A program made the translations under genes and the position numbers. Below are positions 9,612-19,283 of a stretch of 64,000 bases of DNA, piece after piece. Position 1 is the first letter of the stretch. Every line of letters begins with the position of its first letter. The notes beneath the pieces were generated by a model, which saw only the letters and a program-made list of their open reading frames with translations, ran no database searches and was not told the origin of the DNA. Source of the DNA: an uncultured Chloroflexia bacterium (GTDB lineage: Bacteria > Chloroflexota > Anaerolineae > CG2-30-64-16); assembly GCA_963810095.1 (NCBI GenBank), contig CAWEMM010000009.1:448001-512000 (forward strand), given 5' to 3'.

Positions 9612-11152
9612 ATGACCAAATACTTGATGGGCATCGACAACGGCCTGACCGTCTCCAAGGCCGCCATATTCGATCTGGCTGGACACGAGATCGCTGTCGA
9701 GGGACACAAAGTCGACTTGATCTACCCCCGCCCGGCCTGGGTCGAGCGCGACATGGACGCGGTGTGGAACACGACCGCGCAGGCGATCCGCGGCGCAATC
9801 CGGAAGGCGGGCATCGACCCGCGTGACATCGTGGGAGTGGGCAACTCCGCGCACGGCAACGGGATTTACCTGTTGGATCGGGCCGGCGCACCCCTCGGCA
9901 ACGCCATTACCTCGATGGACAACCGCGCAGCGAGCATCATCCATGAATGGAGCGTGGGGGGCCAAGGTCCCTCGGTTCTGCAGCAGAACTTCCCGATCGT
10001 TATGATCACCACGTACGCGGCTCAACCACCCGCGCTGCTCGCCTGGCTCAAACGCCGCCAGCCCGAAGTCTGGGCGCAGATCGGTCACGCAGTCACCTGC
10101 AAGGACTACATCAAGTACCGGCTCACCGGGACGATCAGCACGACCTACTGCGACATCAGCGGCACGAGCATCTTTGACAGCCAAGCCCGCCGTTACTCGC
10201 CGGAATTGCTCGACCTGTATGGCATCGGCGACATCCTGCCGTGTCTGCCACAGCCTCTCGAAAGCCATGAGGTGGCCGGGCGGGTAACGCCGGAGGCTGC
10301 AGCCTTGACCGGGCTGGCAGCAGGCACGCCGGTGGTGGGCGGCATGTTCGACATCGATGCGTCCGCCGTCGGCTCAGGCGTGATTCGCGAAGGGCTCGAT
10401 GTGCGTTATCGCAGGGACGTGGAGCATCAACGAGGTGATCGCCCGGCGGCCGGTCGTAGACGAGCACCTGAACATGTGCACGCTTTTTGCCGTGCCCGGG
10501 CTGTGGTTGCTCAGCGAGTGCAGCCCCGCGTCGGCAACTAACCTCGAATGGTTCGTCAGCAACTTCTGCGCCGAAGAGAAAGCGCTGGCCGAAGCGCGCG
10601 GCGTCTCCGTGTACGAAGTTTGCAGCGACCTGGTGGCGTCCCTGCCGCCGGGCGGCACGGACGTGATCTTCCACCCGTTCCTGTTCGGCTCGAATGTGCA
10701 GGCCAACGCACGCGGTGGGGTTCTACGGCCTGGGCGCATGGCACACGAAGGCGCACCTCGTACGGGCGTTGTATGAGGGCGTGGTCTACGGGCACCTCGA
10801 CCACGTGAATCGCCTGCGGGCGGTGGGCGCGACCGTGGACCTGGCGCGCATGACCGGAGGCGGCGCACGCAGTACGGTGTGGTCGCAGATGTTCGCCGAC
10901 ACCCTGCAAATGCCGGTCGAAGTGGTGGGCGGCACCGAGATTGCTGCGCTTGGCGCGGCGCTCGGCGCGGGCGTGGGCGTGGGTGCGTTCGGCAGCTATG
11001 AAGACGCCGTCGCGCAAGCCGTCCAGGTCGTGCGCCGGCACGAACCGGACGCCAGCGCCACGCCGAAGTACCTGGAGCGCTACGAAGAGTACCGCTGCAT
11101 CGCAGATGCGATGCGCGGCCCGTGGGACCGGTTGGCCCGGTTGTCCGGCTGA
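9612..11152 (+). CDS. FGGY carbohydrate kinase, L-xylulose/3-keto-L-gulonate kinase (LyxK)-like (frameshifts near 10397 and 10715)
   Basis: GIDNGLTVSKA, SAHGNGIYLLD, GGMFDIDA, IAGTWSINE, FHPFLFGSN, TGGGARS. Confidence 0.88.
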
Positions 11153-11175
11153 CCCACCGTTCAGAGGAGCTTATC

Positions 11176-11970
11176 TTGACTCATCTACGTGAGATAAAAC
11201 ATCTCGTCATCGACATGGATGGCGTGCTCTACCGCGGCAACGACCCGCTGCCCTGCCTGCCCGAGTTTATTGCCTTTCTGCGCCGGCAGGGCATCAAGTT
11301 CGTGATGGCGACGAACAACTCGGGCCTGACGCCTGTGCAATATGCGGCCAAGCTGGCGAAGATGGGCACGACAGTGGAGCCCGGCGAGATCATGACCTCG
11401 GGCACCGCCACCGCGTCATGGCTGGCCCGGCGGTTCCCTCCGGGGACGCGGGTGCACGTCTTCGGTGAGGATTCGCTGCGGCGGGCCATGACGGATCAGG
11501 GTTTCGTCCTGGCAGACGAGGATGTCCAAGTCGTCGCTGCCAGCATCGACTGGGGCGTCAACTTCGAGAAGATCAAGCGGGCGGCGGTACTGGTCCGCAA
11601 GGGCGCCCTTTTTGTGGCGACCAATCTCGATCCGACCCGGCCGACCGAAGAAGGGTTGGTGCCCGGAACCGGGGCATTGATTGCGGCGATTGCGGTCGGG
11701 GCAGAGGTTCAGCCGACGGCGATTGGCAAGCCCGAGCCGACGATGTTCGAGATGGCGGTGGCGCAGATGGGTGCAACCCCCGAAACGACGGCCACGTTGG
11801 GCGACCGGCTCGACACGGACATGGAAGGGGGCAAGCGGGCAGGGCTGCACACCATCCTGGTGCTCTCGGGCTCCACGGGTCGGGCCGAGGCGGAGGCTTA
11901 CCAGGCCACCGAAGGTTTGGACTTCATCTTCGAGGACATTGCAGATCTCTTGCAGGCATGGCAGGGCTAA
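11176..11970 (+). CDS. HAD-IIA sugar-phosphate phosphatase (NagD/AraL family)
   Basis: DMDGVL, TNN, IGKP, GDRLDTD motifs; GAGGAG RBS before TTG. Confidence 0.92.
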   Translation: MTHLREIKHLVIDMDGVLYRGNDPLPCLPEFIAFLRRQGIKFVMATNNSGLTPVQYAAKLAKMGTTVEPGEIMTSGTATASWLARRFPPGTRVHVFGEDSLRRAMTDQGFVLADEDVQVVAASIDWGVNFEKIKRAAVLVRKGALFVATNLDPTRPTEEGLVPGTGALIAAIAVGAEVQPTAIGKPEPTMFEMAVAQMGATPETTATLGDRLDTDMEGGKRAGLHTILVLSGSTGRAEAEAYQATEGLDFIFEDIADLLQAWQG

Positions 11971-12101
11971 CCACAGGAACCATTGCCCCGACGGCTCACA
12001 AAACATCTTGCAGGTCTTCGGCTGACCGGTTCGCTGTGGTAAAATGTGAGCGTGAACGGGAATAAGTGAGAAGCAGGGGGTTAGGTTCGATGGGGGTGGT
12101 T

Positions 12102-13100
12102 ATGATGGAAGACGAGCGCCTCGAGCTACTGGCGCAGGTCGCCATGTGGTATTACGAAGAGCGGCTCGATCAGGCCGCTATCGCCGAGCGCATCGGCAAG
12201 TCGCGTTCGATGGTCTCGCGGTTGCTGGATCAGGCGCGTGAGGCCGGATTGGTCGAGGTCAGAGTACACTACCCCCTTCGCACTGATGCTGATCTCGAAG
12301 CGCAGTTGTGCCACGAGTTCGGGCTGCAGAGCGCCCATGTCTTGGCCGAGCCGCCCGAGGATTACTCGGTCATGCTGAAGCGGCTGGGCGAGCTCGCTGC
12401 CCGCTGCGTGACCCAGGCGCTGCACCCCGGTATCATCATTGGGCTGAGCTGGGGCACGGCGGTGCATTCGGTCGTGCGCGCTATGCCGACTGTCCCGCTC
12501 TCCGACGCCACGGTCGTCCAGCTGATTGGCGCCGTCGGTCAGGGCGATCCGCTGGTCGACGGTGCAGAGTTGGGGCGGTGGCTGGCCCAGAAGCTGCACG
12601 CGTCATTTCGGTTCTTGTCCGCGCCATTGCTCGTGGAAGACGAGCGGGTTGCGAAAGCACTGCGCCGGGAGCGTACCATCGAGGAAACCTTGGCATTGGG
12701 GGCCCAGGCAGAAGTTGCAATCATCGGCATCGGCACGCCTGAGCCCGACCACTCCAGCCTGCTGCGGGCGGGCTACCTGACGCGTGCGGAGCTGCAGGCG
12801 CTGCTGGACCAGGGGATTGTGGGCGATGTCGTGGCGCACCAATTTGACGCAGACGGCTGCCTGCCCGACATCCCGGCGAACCGGCGTGCGATCAGCCTCG
12901 ACGCGGACTCGTTGCGACGGATCCCGCGGGTCGTAGCCGTATCGGGCGGCGAATCCAAGAGGGTCGCCATTCATGCGGCGTTGTTAGCGCACTTCTGCAC
13001 CTGCCTCGTGACGGATGCGGCGGCAGCCCGCGGCGTGCTGCAGATGCAGGCCGCCCGTCGTGCACGCCGGCAGGTGCCCGAGGCGGTCGCCGGTGGCTGA
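12102..13100 (+). CDS. SorC/DeoR-type sugar-binding transcriptional regulator
   Basis: YYEERLDQAAIAERIGKSRSMVSRLL HTH; GLSWGTAV; LVTD C-terminal motif. Confidence 0.92.
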   Translation: MMEDERLELLAQVAMWYYEERLDQAAIAERIGKSRSMVSRLLDQAREAGLVEVRVHYPLRTDADLEAQLCHEFGLQSAHVLAEPPEDYSVMLKRLGELAARCVTQALHPGIIIGLSWGTAVHSVVRAMPTVPLSDATVVQLIGAVGQGDPLVDGAELGRWLAQKLHASFRFLSAPLLVEDERVAKALRRERTIEETLALGAQAEVAIIGIGTPEPDHSSLLRAGYLTRAELQALLDQGIVGDVVAHQFDADGCLPDIPANRRAISLDADSLRRIPRVVAVSGGESKRVAIHAALLAHFCTCLVTDAAAARGVLQMQAARRARRQVPEAVAGG

Positions 13101-14390
13101 CCTCCCCGTACACGCGCCGCGCATCTATATCGGCGACGATGCAGTGGGGGCGCTGATCGACTACGCGCGCGAGCAGGAGCTGCGCCTGACCCTCGTGGCC
13201 GACGCAAACACCTATCAGGCGCTCGCGCGTCGGGTGGAGGAACAGGCAGCCGCGCTGGGGCTGGACGTAATCACGGTTGTGGCCAAAGGGCCGGAACCCA
13301 TCGTGTCGGACGAGCGCCGGCTGGTCCAGGTCCTGATCGATGCGGGCGCCTCTGAGCGCGCGTACGTGGCGGTCGGATCTGGAACGGTGACGGACATCAC
13401 CCGGTTCGCGAGCTTTCATGCGCGCAACCGCTTCATATCTATGCCGACCGCGGCGTCGATGGACGGCTACGCGACGAGCAATAACACTCTGAGCGTGGCC
13501 GGGCTCAAGATCAGTGTGCCGCGGCCACCCGCCCGAGGCAATCTTCTGCGACTTGCCCACGCTTGGGGCCGCGCCCAGGGCAATGAACGCGGCCGGGCTG
13601 GGCGACACCCTCGCCAAGTTCACCTCCGTTAACGATCTGCGGCTCGGGCACTTGGTGTGGGGCGAGCGGGCGGACACCTGGGAGCGGGACGCGCCCATCG
13701 CGGACCGGATGGAGCGGCTGGCCCAGACGGCGATCGGACGGGCCGGCGAGATTGCAGCCACAGAGCCCGAGCCGCGCCGGTCCGGCGTTGCGTTCCTGAT
13801 CCGTGCCCTGATCGATTCCGGCCTCGCAATGGCGGACTTTGGGAACTCGATGCCGGGCGCGGGCGCAGAGCACCATATCTCGCACTGTTGGGAGATGCGT
13901 GCGCTTTCGCGTGGCGAGCATGCCGGCTCCGGCCCCCTGCTCCTGCACGGCGCGAAGGTCGGTGTCGGCACGGTGATGGCCGCGGGCTGGTACGCGGCGA
14001 TCCGCGAGATGACGCAGCGCGAGGCGGCCAACCGCCTGGCCGAGCGCGCGTTGGCCCAGCGCCGAGTCGGAGATCGAGGCGATTGAGCGGGCCTACGGGC
14101 CGCTGGCCGAGGGCATCATCGCGACGCAGCAGCCGTTCCTGCAGGTAACCGGGGACCAGTGGTCCGCGCTCAAGTGGCGGATCGTCGAGCACTGGGACGA
14201 GATCCGGGCGCTGGCGGCGCGCATTCCCCCGCCCGGCACGCTGGCAGATGCGATGCGCGCCGCGGGTGGGCCGGGGTCGCCTGAGGAGCTCGGGCTGAGC
14301 GCCGCAGAGATCGAGATCGGCGCGCGGTACGGGCATTTCACTCGGCCGCGCTTCACCATCGCACGGTTGCGCCTGTTGCTCGGGATTTAG
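13093..14390 (+). CDS. sn-glycerol-1-phosphate dehydrogenase family protein (AraM/EgsA; frameshifts near 13515 and 14065)
   Basis: AVGSGTVTDITRF, PTAASMDGY, AAGLGDTLAK, GAEHHISH, LHGAKVG. Confidence 0.88.
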
Positions 14391-14397
14391 CTCATTT

Positions 14398-14452
14398 CGT
14401 TACATGGGGCGCGTGGCGGCGCCAACGGCGCCGCCACGCGCCCCATGTAACG
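14398..14452. repeat. Perfect 26-bp palindromic hairpin (CATGGGGCGCG family)
   Basis: cgttacatggggcgcgtggcggcgcc-aac-ggcgccgccacgcgccccatgtaacg. Confidence 0.9.
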
Positions 14453-14485
14453 GCAGGTGCGTTCTCACCTAGAAAGGCCTCAATT

Positions 14486-15373
14486 ATGTCCCTTCGCATG
14501 GAAATCGAGCCTCTCGCCCACCTGGAGCTGGAACTTGGCGAGAGCCCCCGCTGGGATGCGGCGGAGCAAGCCCTCTACTGGCTCGAAATCTGGAACCCTC
14601 CGTCGATCTTCCGCATGGACCTCGCGACACGCGCCATCACGCGCTGGTCACCCGGTGTCCACGTCACCGGCCAGGCACGCCGCGAGGGCGGCGGCTTTGT
14701 CCTCGCATCCCGGACCGGGCTCTACTTCTGGGACGAGCGCACGAACAAGCTCGAGTTCATCAATGACCCGGAGGCCGGCAACGCGCCCGTACGTTTCAAC
14801 GACGGTTCGGCCGACCGCCAGGGGCGCTTCTGGGCGGGCAGCACGTACGCCGACGACCAGTTTCGCCCCGACGGCTCGCTCTACCGGCTGAACCCCGACT
14901 GCGGCGTTACGAGGATGGCGGGGGGCCTTGCGTGCTCGAACGGCCTGGGGTGGAGCCCCGATAACAAGGTGATGTACGTGACCGCCCAGTTTGCGTACGA
15001 GCTGCTGGCCTTCGACTTTGACCCGGCGACCGGCGAACTCGCCAACCGCCGCAGCTTCGCAAAGGTGCCCGAGGCCGACGGTCTTCCCGACGGCCTGACC
15101 GTGGACAGCGAGGGGTGTGTGTGGAGCGCGCAGTGGGGCGGCTGGCGTCTCACGCGCTACGACCCGGACGGCAAGGTCGAACGCGTCGTCAAGCTGCCCG
15201 TGCCCAATCCGACGAGCTGCGTGTTCGGCGGGCCTGACCTCACGGACCTCTACGTCACCTCGGCGTGGCTGATGCTCAGCGAGGCCGAGCGCCAGGCGGC
15301 TCCCGGGTCAGGCGACCTCTTCGTCGTCCACACCGATATCAAGGGCTTGCCCGAGCCGAAGTTCGCCGGGTAA
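14486..15373 (+). CDS. SMP-30/gluconolactonase/LRE family sugar lactonase
   Basis: LGESPRW, RFNDG, SNGLGWSPD, PDGLTVD, PTSCVFGG. Confidence 0.92.
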   Translation: MSLRMEIEPLAHLELELGESPRWDAAEQALYWLEIWNPPSIFRMDLATRAITRWSPGVHVTGQARREGGGFVLASRTGLYFWDERTNKLEFINDPEAGNAPVRFNDGSADRQGRFWAGSTYADDQFRPDGSLYRLNPDCGVTRMAGGLACSNGLGWSPDNKVMYVTAQFAYELLAFDFDPATGELANRRSFAKVPEADGLPDGLTVDSEGCVWSAQWGGWRLTRYDPDGKVERVVKLPVPNPTSCVFGGPDLTDLYVTSAWLMLSEAERQAAPGSGDLFVVHTDIKGLPEPKFAG

Positions 15374-15399
15374 AGCCGGGGCCGCACTCCATGAGTTGA

Positions 15400-15451
15400 A
15401 CGAATGACACGAGTTGCGGCAGTGAAAACTCATCCAACTCGTGTCATTCGT
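15400..15451. terminator. 17-bp inverted repeat between convergent genes (probable bidirectional terminator)
   Basis: acgaatgacacgagttg / caactcgtgtcattcgt; right arm overlaps the stop codon of the minus-strand gene. Confidence 0.65.
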
Positions 15452-17279
15452 CGCCGTCTGTCGTGGCCGCCACGTACTGCCGCTCGTAAAGCTGCCGGTA
15501 AACCCCGTCGTGGGCCAGCAGTTCCTCGTGCGTCCCCCGCTCCATAATCCGGCCCTCGCTCACCACACAGATGAGGTCGGCCCTTCGAATCGTGCTCAGG
15601 CGGTGCGCAATCACGAGCGCGGTGCGGTTCGACAACAGTCTTTCCAGCGCCTCCTGGATCAGCAGCTCGGTCACCGTATCCACGCTCGAGGTTGCCTCGT
15701 CAAGGATCAGAATGCGGGGGTTCGCGAGCGCCGCCCGCGCGATGCTGATCAGCTGCCGCTCGCCGGCCGACAGGTTGACCCCGCCTTCCCACACTTCGGT
15801 CTGATACCCGGCAGGCAGCCGCATGACGAACGCGTGCGCGTTGGCAAGCCTGGCCGCCTGCTCCACCTCTTCGTCGCTCGCGCCGGGGCGGCTGAAGCGG
15901 ATGTTCTCCGCCACCGTCCCGCCAAACAGGAACGCGTCTTGGGGCGCAAGCCCGAACTGCCCGCGCAGCGATGCCTGGGTCACCGAGCGGACGTCGCGGC
16001 CGTCGATGAGCACCGCGCCTTCGGTCACGTCATAGAACCGGGCGACGAGGTTCGCCAGCGAGGTCTTTCCGGCGCCCGTGGGACCCACCAGCGCGACCGT
16101 CTGGCCGGGCAGGATGTGCAGGTTGACGTCGTGCAGCACGGGCTGGCCCGGCTGGTAGGCAAACGACACGTCGCGGAACTCGATCTCGCCGCGAATCTCC
16201 GGCATGATTGCGCCGTCCCGTGGATCGCGCACGGCCGGTTCACTGTCGAGCAGCTCCAGCACACGTTCGCCGCCGGCCATCGCGGCCTGCATCGTCGTGT
16301 AGAGTTGGCTCAGTTCCTGGATGGGCTGGAAGAAGCGGGTGACATAGGCCAGGAACGCGACGACCACGCCGAGGGTCAGGTCGCCCGCCGCGACGGCCCG
16401 GCCGCCGAACCACAGCACCATCGCCGTCGCCAGCATGCTGATCAACTCGACGGAGGGCAGGAAGATGAACGAGAGGTTCATCGCGCCGATGTTGGCATCA
16501 CGCGAAGCCGCATTCACCTCGTCGAAGCGTTCCTCCGAAGCTGACTCTTGCGCAAACGCCTGGATCACCCGCATGCCCGTGATGTCTTCGGCCAGCCCGC
16601 CGATGACCGCCGCCACTCGCGCCCGGGTCTCGCGGAAGGCCGACTGCGCGCGGCGCGTGAAGAGCCACGTCGCAAGGAGCATCAGGGGCAGCACCGCAAA
16701 GGCCAGCAGCGCGAGCGGCGCGCTCATGCTGAGCATGATGGCCACGATGCCGAGGAGAACCAGCACGTCGCCCACCAGGGTGACCAGGCCCTGGGAGAGC
16801 AGGTCGTTGATCACGCTCACGTCGCTGATGACGCGGGAGATGGTCACCCCGACGATATGGGTGTCATGATAGCCCAGGTGCAGCTCTTGCAGGTGCCGGA
16901 AAAGCTGGTCGCGCATGGTTGCCAGCACGCGCTGCCCCACCCAGCTGAGCTGGTACTGCTGCGCCCAGGTGAAGAAGAACAGCGCAATGAAGGTCAGCAG
17001 CAGGAGTCCGGCAGTACGCAACAGGCCGGCTACGTTTCCACCCGAGATGTCCGTGTCGATCGCCACCTTGATCAGGTAGGGGGCGAGCAGGGATAGGCCG
17101 GACGTAATCAGCGTCACGACGAGCGCGAGCAGTAGCCGCCGCCAGTGCGGCTTGAGGAACGCGAGCAGGCGCAGCAGGACGCGCCGGTCGAAGGGCTTGC
17201 CGCCCGAGTTGCCGCCGAAGTTTTCGAGCGCGCCCGCGGGCCCCATGTTCGAACCGGACGAACCGAAGGACACCGTCAT
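15444..17279 (-). CDS. ABC exporter, fused permease/ATPase (heterodimer subunit)
   Basis: 6-TM domain; GPTGAGKT; LSAGERQ; LDEATS; IAHRLST. Confidence 0.93.
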   Translation of the reverse strand: MTVSFGSSGSNMGPAGALENFGGNSGGKPFDRRVLLRLLAFLKPHWRRLLLALVVTLITSGLSLLAPYLIKVAIDTDISGGNVAGLLRTAGLLLLTFIALFFFTWAQQYQLSWVGQRVLATMRDQLFRHLQELHLGYHDTHIVGVTISRVISDVSVINDLLSQGLVTLVGDVLVLLGIVAIMLSMSAPLALLAFAVLPLMLLATWLFTRRAQSAFRETRARVAAVIGGLAEDITGMRVIQAFAQESASEERFDEVNAASRDANIGAMNLSFIFLPSVELISMLATAMVLWFGGRAVAAGDLTLGVVVAFLAYVTRFFQPIQELSQLYTTMQAAMAGGERVLELLDSEPAVRDPRDGAIMPEIRGEIEFRDVSFAYQPGQPVLHDVNLHILPGQTVALVGPTGAGKTSLANLVARFYDVTEGAVLIDGRDVRSVTQASLRGQFGLAPQDAFLFGGTVAENIRFSRPGASDEEVEQAARLANAHAFVMRLPAGYQTEVWEGGVNLSAGERQLISIARAALANPRILILDEATSSVDTVTELLIQEALERLLSNRTALVIAHRLSTIRRADLICVVSEGRIMERGTHEELLAHDGVYRQLYERQYVAATTDGDE

Positions 17280-19099
17280 GCCGTTCCCTGCCTGCCCGTT
17301 GAGGGACCTTCGAGGGACGCTGCCGCGTCGGAGCTCTTCTCTGCGACCTGGTGTTGGTACACCTCGGTGTAAAGTCCCGACGTTCGCAGCAATTCCTCGT
17401 GCGTGCCCGACGCAACCACCCGCCCTCGATCGAGCACCAGGATCAAGTCGGCGGTGCGCAAGGTGCTGAGCCGCTGCGCAATCACGAAGGAGGTCCGGGC
17501 CCGGCCCCCGGCTGGTCGCATGAGCCGGCGCAGCGCCTCCTGGATGAGATGTTCGGTCGCAGTGTCCACGCTTGCGGTAGCGTCGTCGAGGATCAGGATG
17601 GCAGGGTCTTTGAGCAAGGCGCGGGCGATGGCAACCCGTTGTTTCTGTCCGCCCGACAACGTCACCCCCCGCTCCCCCACCGGCGTGTCGTATCCTTGCG
17701 GCATCGCCACGATGAACTCGTGCGCTTGCGCGGCCTGCGCCGCTGCGATCACTTCGTCCAGAGCTGCGCCCGGCCGGCCAAAGGCGATGTTCTCGCGGAT
17801 GCTGGCGGCAAACAGCAGCGTCTCCTGGAGCACGATCCCCACCTGGCCGCGCAGCGAGTTAAGCGTGACCTCGCGAATGTCGTACCCGTCGATAGTGATG
17901 CGTCCGTAGGTCGGATCGTAGAAGCGCGGCACCAGGTTAATAATGGTGGATTTTCCCGACCCGGTCGCCCCCAGCAGGGCGATGACTTGCCCGGGCTGTG
18001 CCTCGAAAGAGACATCAGATAGCACTGTGTGTTGGCCGAAATACGCGAATGAGACGTTTTCGAAACGCACACGGCCGGCCACGGGCGGCAGCGGCGCCGC
18101 ACCTGGCTCGTCGTGCACCTCAGACTCGGTATCGAGGATCTCAAAAATGCGCTCGCTGGCCGCGGAGGCGATCGCCAGCGCGGGGATGATGTTGCCGATG
18201 CGCCTTACAGGCTGGATCAATTGAGCCAGGTAGGTGGTGAAGGCAACCAGCTCGCCGATGCTCAACGTTCCCCGGATGGCAAGGACGCCGCCGATCGCGA
18301 TAACGATGGTCGTGCCCAGATTGGCAAGCAGCGCGAGTTGCGGGTCGTTGCGAGACTGCAGCGCGGCTTGCTGTGCCGAGAGCATGAACCAGCGATCGTT
18401 CTCCGCGGCAAAGCGTGCCACCTCCGCATCTTCCTGGCTAAACGCCTTGACGATGCGCGCGCCCCGCAGGTTCTGCTCAAGACGAGTGGTGATCACGGCC
18501 AGTTGGCGCTGGATGCGCAGGCCAAGCGGACGGAGCCGGCGGCCGAACTGGAATGCGTTGAGCGCGAGCAGTGGGACGATGACCATGGTGAGGGACGCAA
18601 GCAGCGGATTCATGATGTAGAGCGCGATCATCGTGGCGATCGCCAGCACGATGCCTTCTGCCAACCGTTGGATGGCCCGGCCGGTCAGGAAGCGGACCCG
18701 CTCGACGTCCTGCACCGCTCGGGAGAGAAGTTGGCCCGTCTCCGCACGATCATGGTAGGAGAACGAGAGGGTTGCGAGCTTGCGGTGGATGTCACGCCGA
18801 AGGTCGTATGCCACGCCCTGCGAGGCCGTCTCCGTGAAGCGGCCCTGCACGTAGCTGAACCCGCCCTTGAGCACGGTCAGGCCGATCAGCCCGAGCACTG
18901 AGCGCGTCAACAGGGCGAGGTTGCCCTTCTCGATGCCCTCGTCGATGATGAAGCGGATAAACTGCGGAATGATCAGCGCCAGGCCCGTCACGGCGAACAT
19001 GCAAACGTAAGCAACAGCCGTGAGACGCGCGTACGGCCGGAGGCGACTGAGTGCGGCCAGCAGCGGCCGGCGCCGGTGATTTGTCCCCATGCCGGGCAT
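17276..19099 (-). CDS. ABC exporter, fused permease/ATPase (degenerate-site partner subunit); start uncertain
   Basis: GATGSGKS; LSGGQKQ; LDDAT and IAQRL (non-canonical Walker B Glu and H-loop); 4-nt overlap with partner gene. Confidence 0.92.
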   Translation of the reverse strand: MPGMGTNHRRRPLLAALSRLRPYARLTAVAYVCMFAVTGLALIIPQFIRFIIDEGIEKGNLALLTRSVLGLIGLTVLKGGFSYVQGRFTETASQGVAYDLRRDIHRKLATLSFSYHDRAETGQLLSRAVQDVERVRFLTGRAIQRLAEGIVLAIATMIALYIMNPLLASLTMVIVPLLALNAFQFGRRLRPLGLRIQRQLAVITTRLEQNLRGARIVKAFSQEDAEVARFAAENDRWFMLSAQQAALQSRNDPQLALLANLGTTIVIAIGGVLAIRGTLSIGELVAFTTYLAQLIQPVRRIGNIIPALAIASAASERIFEILDTESEVHDEPGAAPLPPVAGRVRFENVSFAYFGQHTVLSDVSFEAQPGQVIALLGATGSGKSTIINLVPRFYDPTYGRITIDGYDIREVTLNSLRGQVGIVLQETLLFAASIRENIAFGRPGAALDEVIAAAQAAQAHEFIVAMPQGYDTPVGERGVTLSGGQKQRVAIARALLKDPAILILDDATASVDTATEHLIQEALRRLMRPAGGRARTSFVIAQRLSTLRTADLILVLDRGRVVASGTHEELLRTSGLYTEVYQHQVAEKSSDAAASLEGPSTGRQGTA

Positions 19100-19220
19100 A
19101 CGGTAACACAGACCCTACCGCGGCACAAGGCCGGGCGCTTGTGTCGAAAACACTTGCCCCGCGTGGCACGCCCAAGCCGGGGCCGGCGCATGGGACTCGC
19201 GCCGCCGCATGCCAACTCCG

Positions 19221-19249
19221 TTGACGCGTCCGCCATCTGGTACTATGAT
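19221..19249 (+). promoter_or_regulatory. Sigma70-type promoter for the CHAT gene
   Basis: TTGACG-17 nt-TATGAT. Confidence 0.55.
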
Positions 19250-19283
19250 AAGGACGTAAGAATTCTCCCGTTCGGACGGTCCA

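Noticed and set aside
13093-14390. Evidence for archaeal-type ether lipid synthesis
   Set aside because: Context is sugar catabolism; no GGGP or DGGGP synthase in the window
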